The notes: generated from the sequence alone by a model not told the origin. Counted from the stretch's first letter, positions 26,141-40,927 are shown. The stretch: DNA of 64,000 nucleotides from Adineta vaga (GCA_021613535.1 CP075495.1:8184001-8248000), one strand, 5' to 3'. Numbers and translations are program-made.

Positions 26141-27597
26141 AATTGAACTCTTTACAATGTAATGTATAATGAAGAAGATGGTGGAAGCTGGAGATGCACT
26201 AAGGGTCACGTAAGTGAATCAACTTTGTTGAAGATGAAATATGGGAGAATACCGATGACTGACTTCACACTAAATCATGAGAGTATATATATAAAAGTCA
26301 AAGAAAGACATAATTGAAAGAAAGGACAAAAGATTACAAGAAAGACAAAGCAACAATGATGATAATATGAAATACCAAAAGGCACAAAAGATCAAACAAT
26401 AAAGAACACAAAGAAATGCTTAAAGAATGGATTTGAAAAGAATGCACCTCAAAGATAATAAATAGAAACAATAGGCAACGAAGGATATATATATATATAT
26501 GTATACAATAGATGAAGGATATATACTTGAAAAGAAAGAATATACCCTACATATCAGAAGACCATTCGAATTAATGGAGGGCACATTAAAATATGGAAAA
26601 TGATAGAATAGCGCCATCTCATATTTTTTATTGCGATGAAAATGTATCGCAGTCGGTAAAACATAGACCACATAGGATTACTGAGAGCAATGATTTCGAT
26701 CTCAAGAAACTACTGAAACCGACGTAAAAGTTTCAGGAAAATCACATATATGCTCATGAATCAAACGACTGCGTATCGAATTCTCCGATCTAGGTATTGA
26801 AGCACGTGCAGAAAATTGTAAATTATGATATAAATTTACAACTATTTATAGTATATATAGAAGCATTATAAATGAACTTAGAAAGGTCATCCAGGAATCA
26901 TCGACCAATGGTGTCAGTATTCTTCCTATTTCTATACTTCGAAATTCTGGCATATTAGATCGTCGATAGAATTGGTCCGGTTGATAGAAAAGAAGAAACA
27001 TGTTTGTCATTTTCCAATATCTTTATACTGATTACGACGATATGATCAGTGTTTATAGTAAAAGCACTATATCATACTTTTTTTGTTGAAATATAAAGAT
27101 CAGTATTATAATTTGATCCTATTGAAGTTTGTGTTGTATTGCTACATAATCTATAATGTTTCGAACTTTCGAGTGTATATATGCAACGTGTCTCTATTAA
27201 TCAGTTGTACTTAAAATGCTTCAAGTTATTTTAAAAGAAAAGAATGATAACAAAAAAGTAGGCAAGTGGATGAAGTAACCCATACGAGCAACAATATTTA
27301 TCACATCACATTGTTATATCAAGTTTATAAGTGCAAAAGAAATGAAAAGAATGTTGTTTTTATAGGTAAGGTATTACACTTAAAGTAAGTTGGTATGAAA
27401 TAATTCTAAGACATAAATTGTTGATGAAAATGAAACCGTTTTTAATACTTCAGAAAGATAATGTTGAAATTTACATTAAAAAACATTCGTGTGTTATTTC
27501 ATATTGATGTCAAGTTTTACGAATAATAACACGTTGGAAAAAATGATTTTAACTACATACTTTCTTTCAGAGTTTATCTTAGAAAAACATCTCATCA

Positions 27598-28423
27598 ATG
27601 GCAAGTAATATGGGACATGAATATATAAATGAAGATTCTGTGAATCATTCATCGAAATGTAGTATTTGCAATCAACCATTCGTTCGTCCAGTGTCAACGA
27701 ATTGTAGACGAAAACATAAATTTTGTCGACAATGTATTGAACAATGGTTAAAAAGTAATTCATCATGCCCAACATGTCGTCAAATTTTATCACTCTAAAG
27801 ATCTTATATCTATTACTGAAGATATTGTTATCGATGTGTTGAATGAATTGCGAGTGAAATATGCAGCTTGTGAACAAACTGAATTTGAACGAGATGATTT
27901 TAATAATCGTCTAAACTATAAATACCCATCGATAACTGTGAAATGTCCTGCATATGATATCAAATGTTCATGGAGAGGATCTCGTGATCAATTAGCTAAC
28001 CATGTGAACAAATGTCCCTATCAATCTTTACGACCACTTGTTGTTTCATTATTAAATGAAAATCAAGAACTCAAAGAACAAATGACGCAAGTGACGAAAC
28101 AAATGAAACGTTATCGAAATGAAATACAACAATTAAAAGAACAAGTCAAGCAACAAACAACGAAAATCGATGATCATTCCAATGAAATGATACAAATGAA
28201 AAGTTTATACATACCAAATTCTTCTCAAACATCGTCAGTGAAACATCCAGTGACGAGTATGTATAGAAAAGTTTCGATTAATTTATTAACTATCATTAAT
28301 GTATCGATAAATATAGTCAATATATTTCTCAATTTACAAGAAACAATTTCTCATTTAGAAGAACCATCTACTTCTTTTCAATCACATCTTGCTACTCTCT
28401 TTTCATCTCTCATGCGCTCTTAA
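27598..28423 (+). pseudogene. Degenerate RING finger plus TRAF-type zinc finger plus coiled-coil gene
   Basis: RING CSIC...C..KHKFCRQC...CPTCR is followed by a 1-nt frameshift near 27795 that gives TAA. The continuation KDLISITEDIVIDVLNELRVKYAAC...NRLNYKYP has lost expected Cys/His ligands, then KCPAYDIKCSWRGSRDQLANHVNKCPY. Confidence 0.78.
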
Positions 28424-30647
28424 CCACATCTATACAGTTAAAGAATTTAATATCAACGGAAATAATCATATTTGAACAGAATAATTGTTATAGTTATTCA
28501 TGTTTCATGAAGTTCTTCGCCATTGATTCATTGGAAGAGTCTAGTGAATTATTGACGAAATAGATAGCTAATACGTTGGTGGTCGAGCCTGTCGAAAATG
28601 TACGACATGTTCATTTTACATGTAGTATTTCATTAGTGACTTGTATGGTGATCATTCATTTCGTTCGACTAGTAGACGATCAGAGATATGGAAAATGCCG
28701 TTATTTCCATACAACTAATCGGTGATATCATTCAGTCTAAGAATCTTACAATTTCAATCAAATATCACTATCATAGATGGATATCATATTGATTATGGCG
28801 ATTCATATGTTACATCATACTTCACTTTCAAGCGTTGGAAGAAGTTCCCTTCTAATGCACAAGCATGACTGGAATAAGTTGTTTGGCAACTCTCCATTCA
28901 TGTGCTATATGTAAACCGATCGCTTTGCTGAAAATCTAAACTCTCATACAACAATAGCTGAATAAATGAACAGCACGATTTTCGGGTCGCTTCAATTTCA
29001 ATCTCAATGTCAAATTGATATCTTATTCAATACATCTTCTTCAAAATGCACAAAGTATCTGAACATGAGCGTGATAAAATTTATGCGTATTCATTGACAA
29101 TGTTGTTATTAACATATGGATCGGATGAAATTTCCATATACTCGAGACAGTGATTAATAAACAGAGTCATTTGAAAATACTTGTTCATGTGTTACGTGAT
29201 CTTCGACTAATCGCTTTAAAACTGAATTTTCACCTCAGATCAATACAAAAAAAGAATACAACTAGCGTTATTAATTTTCGTATAGTGTGAATTCTCTGTT
29301 CAATAAGAAGCTGAATAATCTTTCTATGAAAGTTAACAACAGAGTCGAATAGATCTTTCGTACTTATTATTTTCTTATCGTATGTTTGTCCAACAATCAT
29401 CGGCAAGGAAATCTTTTTTTCTAACTCAAAATAATAATCGAATAAAGAAATGATGGTCATAGTTATACTCATATAATCTATCCACAACTAGCATGTTAAT
29501 AAATAAACAATATACAGAATGAGCAGGACATTGAATAGCACATTTATAGTTGCAATACGGTTCAGTCAAATGTCATGTGATATTTTCAGAGACTGATTAA
29601 GTACCACTACTATTCGATCTATCACGAAATAGTCATCTGGCGTGTTGAGAAAAATGTTCCATTATCTTATAATATCTGATGTATTATTTGTGTATTTTAA
29701 AGAATTTTGCACGAATTTGATTATAGATCAAAATCAACAATTTCACTTCTTCATTTACCATGAGATGAGTAGTACAAAATTGCAGCAATATGTTTTCATA
29801 CAAGCAATTTCAAGTATATATGAATACCATGATCATAAAAGGTATTCATTCGACATGTTTACCATTCATTGACTGGACAATTCACAAAATAGAATCCTTT
29901 TCAAAGACAATAAACAAACAATACTATGATGAAAAAGTTCATTTACTAAATTACGCATTACTGCAAGTTATATTCAAATACTTGTTACAAAATCCTTAAC
30001 ATTAACGAATATATGTATCATGAGATTCGATCGTGTTACTTGTCATATTTCTTCATCTCGTCAATGTTTGAATAATACCTTCTTAAAAAAGAAATAACTG
30101 AATAGAATTATGATAAAAATAAGTTTTTTAGACCGATGATTCTCCATCTTGGCATTGAATTCCATTAGGAATTATTGAATAAATGAAATAAACGAATAAA
30201 ATACATCTGTAACTGTACGTAAGACTATACTATCATGTTTTTCCATACATATTTATCTTAATCAACATATACTTTCATGCTAATAAATTTTTAGTATCAT
30301 TTAAAGATCTTCACTTCTCTCTACATTCCTTGTGTATTTTCGTGAAAAAAATCACACTCAATATCTTACATTAATAATACAAAATGTAAAAAAAATGGAA
30401 AAAAGGTAACTGCATATGCAGTAATAGAAAATGTTGCAAGATTATAAAAGAAAAACACCACAGGTTACTTCTAAAAAAAAGCATAGTTCACACATAAAAA
30501 TTGTGCAAGAATACAGATGGAAAAAATTGATTCAACACATGGTTCCTTTTTTTGTAACAAAAAAATAGAAAAATTTTGATCGCATAGATTTTTTGGTTCG
30601 TTTCTAATGCGAAAAACAAAAAAATGCGATTAACTTTCAAATAGATC

Positions 30648-33600
30648 TCATGAATGAAGACATTCATTTAAACGCCCACGGTTATCAATTATAGTTTTTA
30701 ATAATATTTCATGTTCTTGTTCGAGGTCAAAAAGTGTACGTGAACGTCTAGAAAAAAATTGATAAGAAATATAATTTATCGAGAAAACAGTATATATACA
30801 TACTTTATTCCTCTTGAAAGATTTTTCAATGGTGTAATCGGACTTTCATTTGTTTCGACGATAGACGAATTCTTCATTAAATAAACATTAGAGATTCAAG
30901 ATATAATAAAAAAAATAACTTACCGGTTCTTCCTTCGATAACGATGATTCAACAGGTAAAAATATACAAGTTGATTCACTAAAGAAAACAGAAGCAAAAA
31001 ACGTTTATATTCATATTCAAAAATCTTATCATCAATTGTTTATTCTTTATTTCTTACCTTAAACCATTACTTTGTTGACTATTGATTAATTCCGTTAAAT
31101 CTATTTCATTCTTGCTTTCTATTCTAATCAATTCATGAATTTGTCTTGAAAATGAAAAACAAAAAAAAAGGTAAATTTATTTGTAATCTGATTTCAATCA
31201 ATAAAAGATTTACTCGCGATTTTTCTCAACAAGTTTATGATAATGTTGATATAAACGTGTCATTTCATCATTACTCATTTCATCAATACTATTTGATGAT
31301 AATGTTCGTAGTTGTGAGAGATTATGTGTACAATCTCCATTAGGTGTAGATGGAATTATATTATTAACAGCAGGTATGAAATCTAAATGAATAAATATCA
31401 AACAGAGGAATATAGAAAAGTAAAGAATAATTCTTACCTGATCGAATAAAACCAACAAAATGTTCGGCAATACGACGAATGATATTATCGAGAGCAAATA
31501 AAACATGTGGAGGAAGATCATTTTTTGTTGAGAGAACAGTATTTGCCTAGATGATAAAAAATGAATGAATTTTTTTCTTATCGAAGATACGATAGATTTC
31601 ATACAGCTTTGATAAATAGATAAAATGAACGTTCAAGATCAATTCGAAGATTTTCGTCAATGGGTGTACTATTACAAATCATATCTAAATGATTCATTTT
31701 TTTGAGTTAAAAATAAATATTTTCTTCGAAACATTTTTATCTTTTACCTAATGCATTCTTTAATGAATCGGCATTTTCTTTAGTCAAATAATTACGAATA
31801 CCAGACAATAAAATCGAAAGTTTATCCTAAATAAATACAAATACGATTATTTTTAATCATCGATTTATTCTTAGATAAACGTACAGTATCTAGTAAATTT
31901 GTTTCTTTTTTTTCTTCGATTAATGACATCCAATGATCAATGAGCTAAACGAAACACAAATGAATGATTTAACATTGAGAATGAATTCTTTGTATGATTA
32001 TCTACCATCTCTTCGTTGTCTTCATCACCAAAAATCGTAGCTAATTCTAATCGACGACGATCATCAATAGAAACTTGAGCTGATAGTTTACGAGATGGTC
32101 TAAATATAGATACCAATTAATTCAATTTTCTTTCGAAGTAAGATAATGCATTCATACTCGAAGATCATGTTACCACTGTCGCTATTTCCTCGTTGTAAAG
32201 ATGATGATGAATCTGATGGACGAAGCGAGCTATTTCATACAATTCATGAGTATATATACAAGTTTGTTTGCTTTTTTTTTGAGAAAAATCAACTAACCTG
32301 TTGCTCCTATCGATAATATGATCTTTTGAAAATAAAGAATAAACATATACGATAAAATACAAGAAAGGTATATCGAAATACTTACTATGACTAGTTTCTC
32401 GCGTTAGACTAGTCTTTATTCTAAATAAAAGATCTAATATTAAATAGATTGTAAAATAGTGGAGCAATAACAGATATATTCTATATATTATAAGTGAAAC
32501 ATAACATTCATAGAAGAGAGAAATAGTTTTTTATTCGTGAGATGTCCCATCGTTAGATAACCTTCTCTTATATTTAGGTAATGCAGAACCATCGAGATGA
32601 CATGGTATTTTTAACGATCGACTTCATAACATGCAAGTTTATGTAAGTTATAAGTGAGTTATTTTTCCAAGAAATGATTGACAAATATGATTGATATTAT
32701 AGTTTCGATTTTATAAGAAAATATTAGATTCTATCTTATGTGTAATGACATGACTAATTCTCTCGTCTTTTTGATACAGGAATTCATGAGTCATTTGTTT
32801 CTTTTTGTACTCTATCAACGTACTTTAAAAATGGATGATTTAGTAAATCTTTTGCAGATGGACGTGTATTATTTGGTTCAAAACATCTGAACAAAGAAAA
32901 TTATTTTTTATGTCAATGAAAGTTTTCTTTTACTTGGCTAAGAATTCTTTTGCGGTATCAGATAATTCCGATGGTATATCAGGTGGTTGCCTTTCATCAG
33001 CAAGTTTTTGTAACAATTTAAATTGATTAGCTATATTATGAAATGGACTTTTTCCAGTTGCCATTTCAATTACTGTACATCCAACACTCCAAATATCAAC
33101 CTAAATCGATAAGTACAAGAAAAAGGTAAATCAAATTATTAGTTTTCTTCACATACCTCTGGTCCATAACCCATCACAGGTACGACAACGACATCAGGGC
33201 ACATATATGGAGGAGTTCCTAGAGAAAAGCAATCATATCGTTTCTAAACCCTTTATGTAGAAATATAATCTTACCAACGATATCTTCTGTACAAAGATGT
33301 AGACCAGCTAAACGTTTCGATGTACCAAAATCCGCAATTTTGATTTCTCTTGATGAAAGAAACCAAATTCATATGGAACGAAAGAATTCATTTTTTTCTC
33401 CTGATTACCCTTTGAAATTGAGAAGAATATTAGCGGATTTAATATCTCGATGTAGAATTCGATTTTCATGCAAATATTGTACACCTTCAAGAAGTTGACG
33501 AGTGTAATTTTGAATGGATTCTTCAGAGAATGGTTTCATTTTTAAATGTTTTGAAAGGCTTCCACTACAAATATACAACAATTATTAGTCTTTAAATTCT

Positions 33601-36600
33601 GCACAGAAAATGTTTTTCGAACCCGTCAACATATTCCATGATTACTTGAAAGACAAGACCATCTTTATTCGAACCAATCGCCGAACCGTAATAACTCACA
33701 ACTAAATTATATATATATATATATAATTAAAATCTAACATTTCTTATGAATTTCAAAAGATACGAACTATTTTTATGATTTAGTGTTGATAAAATTTTAA
33801 TTTCATTCTCAAGAACTTCAGTATAATTCGGATTACGCATTGGAATTTCTTTAACAGCAAATTTTTTGCCTGAATAAGTATCTTGAGCAAGATATACTTT
33901 GCCATATTTTCCATCTCCTAACGCAAGACGTTGTCCATATTCACCACGGTCAAATTCAAACTAAAAAGACATCATATATAAACTATTGTTGAAGATAATC
34001 ATCTAACAATATTTGCTTACATTGAATTCTCTTTTAATTTCTGGTGAAATTGCTTCTACGCGATATTTCGACATTTTTTCATTGAATCTACAAGAAATAA
34101 ATAATCAATAGATATTCTCTAATTTCAATCAACATACGCTGTTCGTCGTTCAGCTGATGCAAAATATAATTGCATTTCAACTGATGAGAATGGTTCAGAA
34201 TTTTCATATGCAAATAAAAATATTCCTCGATCATCTGGTTTAACATTTCTAGAAATAAACGAATTCATCGATTTTTACTCAACAAAATATCAATACTTAC
34301 ACAATCGATCGAATAGAATCCATGTGAATTGTTTTTACCAGATTGTTTGTAGTAATTTGATTTTGTTGTTCAAGTATTCGAATGACTAATGTTTCACGTT
34401 CATTACTTGTATGAAAATTTAATTGTAAAAATGCTTGAATATAAATATTATTTAATATTGTTCCATCCATTTGTTCATAATTATCACAAACAAGAATCTA
34501 AATAAAATAGTTTTCAATTGTTTTATCTATTGAAAAGGAAATATATTTGTCCATGACATACAGGTACTTGAGCAGGTAGTTCTCTTTCTTTCGATGATGT
34601 TGAACGAGAATTGATTGCATCAGTAAAAAAATCAATCCAAAAACTAAACGTTTTCTCTTGATTAGTTGGACTTGGCGATTGTTCACGTGTTTTTTGTTGA
34701 TCACGTATACGTGTTGCTTGATGAAGAATTTTTAAATTATTTATCGTTGATTTTAAATACCAAATTGGAGGATGTAGTAAATACATATGTAAAGCAGCTT
34801 GACATGCTTTTGACCAATCACCTTGTACAGCATGTAATTCAAAATATGTTGCAACATCCCAATAATCATTAAGATCCCGTAAAGAACGACTTTTTTTTCC
34901 AAGTAATGCATTTAATTGAATAACTTAAACAAAAGATAAATATAGTTTTGGAAAACTTTTGTAGCTAATCAAAAAAATCCATAGATTAGATAAAACTATC
35001 TGCAATTGTAATTATCTCATTGTCAGTATTTTCGCGTACAGATTTTCATTAGTATATTATCAACATATTTGCATTTTCTTTCAAGATACATTCGAAATAT
35101 CATTTCATCACTTACTGATCTTATATGCTTCATTATTTTTAATTAAATTATCTGTTGTAACAGCCAAAAGTAAAAGTAAATTAATTCCAGCACTAAAATA
35201 ATGAATCGATGAATAAAAATCAAATTCAGTAGTTCATTTACTAAATATTTGGATCAGCAGCAAAACCTCTTCGATACCATTCAATTGCTTTTTCTAATGA
35301 ATCTCTATCGTGACAATTGGATTCAGTATATTTATCTTTATAAATTCTTCCACATAAACAAATAATATCATTGGATAATTCACTTTCAGATTTCTTTGTT
35401 TGACATAATCTCTCAAGAATTTCGAGTGCTTTATCACGATCATTATTTTGATTTCGTCTTGTAGACATTAAAAAAGCAAAAGAAAACATCTCTTGGATAA
35501 TTTATTCATTTTTTCATTCTTACCGACTACGAGCAAATGCAGTTAAATATGAGATCATCATATTATTTTGAATATTATTCGATATACTTGAATACTGTTC
35601 ACAACGTTCAATCAATTCAATCATTGATTGATAATCCTTCGAAGACAATTCATTGTACAGGTAGAGCAAGAAAGATTAACTTCTTACTTGTAAATCTCGA
35701 AAAGCATACATTAATTGTATAATTAACATTGGTGTTGCATACTTTTGATTGGTTCCGTTAGAATCTCATCACAAATTTCTTTCCATAGAAACTAAAATAA
35801 GAAAAAACAAACTTTTAATCATTCGATAGTAATATCAATGAAATACATGCATTTCGTTCAGCATCTTCATCATGAACTTTTCTTTTACGTTTCTCCATAA
35901 GATTCAAATATCGAATAGATAGTCTTTGTCTACATAGATATGATTTTAGATGATATCGGAATTAAATAACATCTTACTCCATAGTACTGGTAGCTTCTAT
36001 TAACAAAGGTTTGAGACTTTTTCTTAGTGAGATTGATGCACTTTTTGATGGTGTTGTAACATCATAAAAAGTATTTTTCTTTTCATCGTAACGATAGACA
36101 ATCAATCGTTTGATTTTACAAGTTGTCTGAAAAAAAAACACAATAACAAGAAATGAACAAAACTTGACATGATGAATATTTTACTTTCAGATCTTGTATA
36201 TCAGTATCATTTTCGACACTACTTGCTTGAATCAATACAATATCATCCATACAATCAACACTTTCACGATTGCCTTTATGATACATAAACGTCGGTCGAC
36301 GATCTGGATTCGTAACATCCTAGAGAATAAATAAAAAAACTATACTCTCAAAACTTCATTGTAACATTTTTCTATACCATAATAACAATAGCAGCATTGA
36401 GAAATTTATCAACGGATTCATATTCTTGAAAATCAAGTTTATTTAATTCAACTGTTTCACAAGAATAATGAAGGTCAGTAACAATAGTTCGTATGCTTTC
36501 GAATAACTTCTGTCCATATTTACAATTTGATGATACATCTTGACTCAATGAATTTGATTCGGTTAATAAAACAACTTTCAATGCATTCATATTTGTTTTC

Positions 36601-36660
36601 AACATCATTGCCTGAAATAAAACAAAAAACACGAAATGAAAAATGATGACATCATACCAT
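30648..36660 (-). CDS. ASK1-family MAP kinase kinase kinase (MAP3K5/MAP3K15-like), many exons
   Basis: N-terminal [13 protein letters not shown]...[12 protein letters not shown] region ([30 protein letters not shown]), PH-like region, kinase [53 protein letters not shown], then a helical/coiled-coil tail. The ATG is either at 36660 (end of an upstream exon) or at 36608. Confidence 0.93.
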
Positions 36661-38458
36661 TTACATCGATTCTCACCAATTCAATGATGGATTTCGCCTT
36701 TTGACAAGATTTGTTCTTTCTATATTGAGAAATTAACTATGAGAATCTAAATATAGAAAAGAAAAATAAAACAAAATATTCATCTTGCGTTTCTTCTTCA
36801 AATATTTTCGTAGTATTCTTTGATTATAAATATATATCCAATCGTGATACTGTATTTGACTGGATAGACAGCACCTGAGTTTTTTTTCTTTTTATTCACC
36901 TTTGAAGCGAAACTATTGAGAGTTACTCAATAATGACATCTATAAACAATTTGAATTGGTTAAAAGATTATCGAATGAGAATGTTTCCCAAGTAATGGAG
37001 AACTAACTTTTATTATCAATGGCGATAACAACGAGCAAATAAAAAGAATGAAAGAACAAACAAAATATCTATATATATATATGAAAATCAGTTTTAAACT
37101 TGCCTACCCATAATGATCAGTCATTTTCGTTAAGAGAGATTTTTTCGCTTCATTGATCATCATATTCAGACGAAATAGATTTTCTTTGAGATAAACGAAG
37201 TATTTTGTACTTTAAGCTTTGATTAGAAATCTGAATATTTTCGAAAGTAAAGAATTTATATTACATTTAAACGGTTTTCTTAAATTCAATTAAAACGATT
37301 TTCGAAATATCTTACTAATTGAATCTTTATATTTAAAAAAAAACAAACAATAAAGGTTTTCGAAAATGTGGTGTCGATTTCGAAAGTAGATACATTCGTT
37401 AGCATCATAGGTAACGACTTTTGTTCTTTATCTTAGTAGGCACATGACTTTTACTCGGTTAAACCAAGTCTTTTCTGTACACGCTACATTTAGTTGTCAA
37501 TAGAAGTTTTTCTAGCAATTAACAAATATAGTGTCAAATAAATAAAGCGATTTTTTCGAGCGCGTTTTATTCACTTTTTCGAAAATTTTATTTATGCTAC
37601 AAATAATATGGTTGTAGAAACACTTCATGTGTTTCGTCCATTCGATCTATTTATCGAAGAATTAAAGTAGTTATGTAAGTTTTGTTTGTTTTCTATGTAT
37701 ATAATTGATGAAACTAAATGATTTAAAATTAAAAAAAAAGAATCGTTTATCTTTGAATTTGATTTTCATTTTAGAATTTGACATATCTTCTTTCCATTTA
37801 AACTATAAATAAATGTTTTCTTTATTCTATGTAAGAAAGTTTGAAATGATCATTATCTACTCATTTATTTCTTTTTTTTAGAACATTCATTAATCACGAT
37901 TATAATTCGATATTGTCTCAAGTGTATCTGTGCGTGTGAGTGTGTAAGTCAAAGTCCTTTTTTTGATACAATAGACCGATAGGTAAGTGATTTGTTCTAC
38001 TTAACATAGAATAAGTTGAAGGCTATTCAAAACTATGATGAGGATATTCGTTGAAAATTATCAGAAATGCGTACGATAATACACTGATACAAAAGACAAA
38101 TATCCTCTCTGATTTGTCGCTATTCGATGTTGGGTATGTGAGTCAGGTGGTATCGATAATGAAAGAAAAACATAATAAATATCTCAGGCATGGATTTTTA
38201 AAGATAGAAAAGTACGACGATTATTGTCTTATCATAAAGTATATATATATATATGAGCGAGAGTATCTTTGATCAATGTCGACGACGTTTGGTACGGTTT
38301 GCGATATTAATCGCACGTCGATCATTGGGTCAACATTATTCATTGACATCGACAAATATTTCTACTCTAAATTGTCATATCAAGTTTGTGAATAGTTTTT
38401 TTTCCAAAGAAAACATTCATTTGAAACTATTCTAATTCGATTCATTTTATTTAGACCA

Positions 38459-40927
38459 ATGGGTCAGTTTTTGGAAAAACCGAAGATCGAAAAACATAAT
38501 GATCGAGGTAAAAATGATGATATTCGTTATGGTCTTGGATCGATGCAAGGATGGCGGTATGTTGAAAAAACCCGAACAACTTTCTTTTGTATTATCTTCT
38601 CATCAATTTAGTGTGGATATGGAAGATGCACATGCCACTATACTTAAATTAGATGATAATCGTTGGTCTCGATGGTCTTATTTCGGTGTTTTCGATGGTC
38701 ATGCTGGATTTCGTACTGCTTTTAAAGCTTCGGAAAAACTTCATTCACGAATTGTAACCTCGTTAAATACATTAATAACTGATCCAAAATCGACATCACA
38801 TGTAACATCATCTCAACTCGATTTTCATAAATTTGAATCAACGATAAAAGATGCATATTTTAAATTTGATAATGATTGGAGAGAAGAAAATCGTAATGCA
38901 AATCCAGGTATGATTTGTTAGAAGGAAATTTTCAATGAATATATTTACTCTTTTGTTTATTTATTGTTAGACGATAAAAGTGGTTCAACAGCTATTTCTT
39001 GTTTAATTGATCCTGAACGAATTTATTTTTTAAATGTTGGTGATTCTCGTGGTATACTTGTATCAAATGAAGGTCGAATACTTCTTGCAACTAAAGATCA
39101 TAAACCAAATGATCAAGCTGAACGTCAACGTATTCAAGAAGCCGGTGGTACTGTTTTAATTCAACGTGTAAATGGTTCATTAGCTGTTTCACGTGCTCTT
39201 GGTGATTTTGAATATAAAAATAATTCAAATCGACGACCCGAACAACAACTTGTTTCACCCGAACCCGAGATAACTTCTCATTCAAGAAATTTATCAACTA
39301 ATAGTTCAAGTAAACAAGAAGAACAAGTTGCTTTTATTGTACTTGCTTGTGATGGAATTTGGGATGTAATGACTAATGAAGAATTAGCTGCCTATATACT
39401 TGGTCGAATGCATGTTACAGATGATCTTAGTGAAATTTGTAATTCAGTACTTGATATGTGTTTGTTTAAAGTTCGTTCAACAAAGTTCTTTTTCTTGATA
39501 TTGATATTGATTTTAATTGGATATTTCTAGGGTAGTAAAGATAATATGAGTGTTGTTATCATTGCATTTAAAAATGCACCAGCACCAGCTGCCGATTGGA
39601 AAGCTAAAGATGAACTATTAGACACTGAAATTAAAAAGAAAACAATGGGTATATAACAAAAGCAATTAATATATTCTTCTTAATTAAAAGAATTCATTTA
39701 CTTTTCTAGAACTTTTTAATCGTAATACAAATAAAACAAACTTAGATCCGAATACATTATGGCAACAAGTTGTTACATCTCTCAATGAACAACCAACTAT
39801 TCGTGATGCACTACCGATCGGTGGAGGATTCATATCAAAGTAAGAAAAATGATAGTTTTTTGCTTTCTAATTAAATTCATTTTTAAACACACATTCAATC
39901 TTCAATAGACGTTCAGTATTCGAAAATGCATTAGATTCAATGACTAAAGGAGCAAATGCACATGGCAATTCAAGTGGTGGGGTAAATATTATTCTACTTT
40001 TGTTTTTCGTAGCTTTTGATTCTCTATGGAAACAAATCTTTCGAAGATATCAGTATATATATATACATATCTTTCAGCGAAATACAACAACATCAACGCG
40101 GTATTATTATTAAAATTCTTTTACATAGTTTCGCCTTTTGGGTGTCGCTCTGTATGCATTATCTGATTCACATAATTATCTATTCGATACACGAAAAAAA
40201 TCATCATCATCTTGTTTTGTGTTTGTTTCTTCTGCAAACGTTTGCACCTACTTTTTTTTCACATTGATTTGATTTAATGATAGGAAAAGAGAATCAAATG
40301 AAGACCTGAACTTCTTCTTCTTCTTCTTCTTCTATTACACTCTGTTTTATGAGATATTGAGAACTTGTTTTTTTCTTTTCTCATTCTTTTAGTTTTTCAA
40401 AAATCTAATTCGTGAGTGAGCTAAATTAATTGCATTATATTTTCATTGCTATGCTGAATTGTGCCTTTAGGTGGTTGTTACAGTTATAATTGCTTTCTGA
40501 CGCCAAGAATTGACTTTTTGTTTCGTCTATCAATATAACTAATTAACGAATATATGATATTCTTCATTAGTTAAGCTAAGAATAGAATCGATTCTCACAA
40601 TACGCAGCGAAACATATTTATGCACTTGTTTACACATTTGTAAAATCACTTAATGCCTTATTGAGCAACATCTAACATATCTGTCTTAAAAATCTTCAAT
40701 TGCTGTTTTATAATTCATTCTATCTTATTCTCTCATATAATACATTAAAGTTTTTATAAAAAAAAAACAAACAAACTATTGAACCTTTTCGATTTTAGGC
40801 GCTAGTAAACATTGACGATAACGATGAACAAGATAATCATACTGATCAATCAACAGCAGCAACTAATTCTTCATCTACTGATATATCACCAACAACTGGC
40901 AACACACTTACTGCATTGACCCAATAG
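38459..40927 (+). CDS. PPM1A/B: Protein phosphatase 2C, PPM1A/PPM1B type
   Basis: [19 protein letters not shown]|[65 protein letters not shown] and C-terminal LPIGGG. Confidence 0.96.

Noticed and set aside
4153-40927. Peroxiredoxin, ASK kinase and PP2C as one clustered redox-signalling system
   Set aside because: They are functionally relatable, but the peroxiredoxin is about 25 kb away with unrelated genes between. Sequence alone gives no evidence of a cluster.
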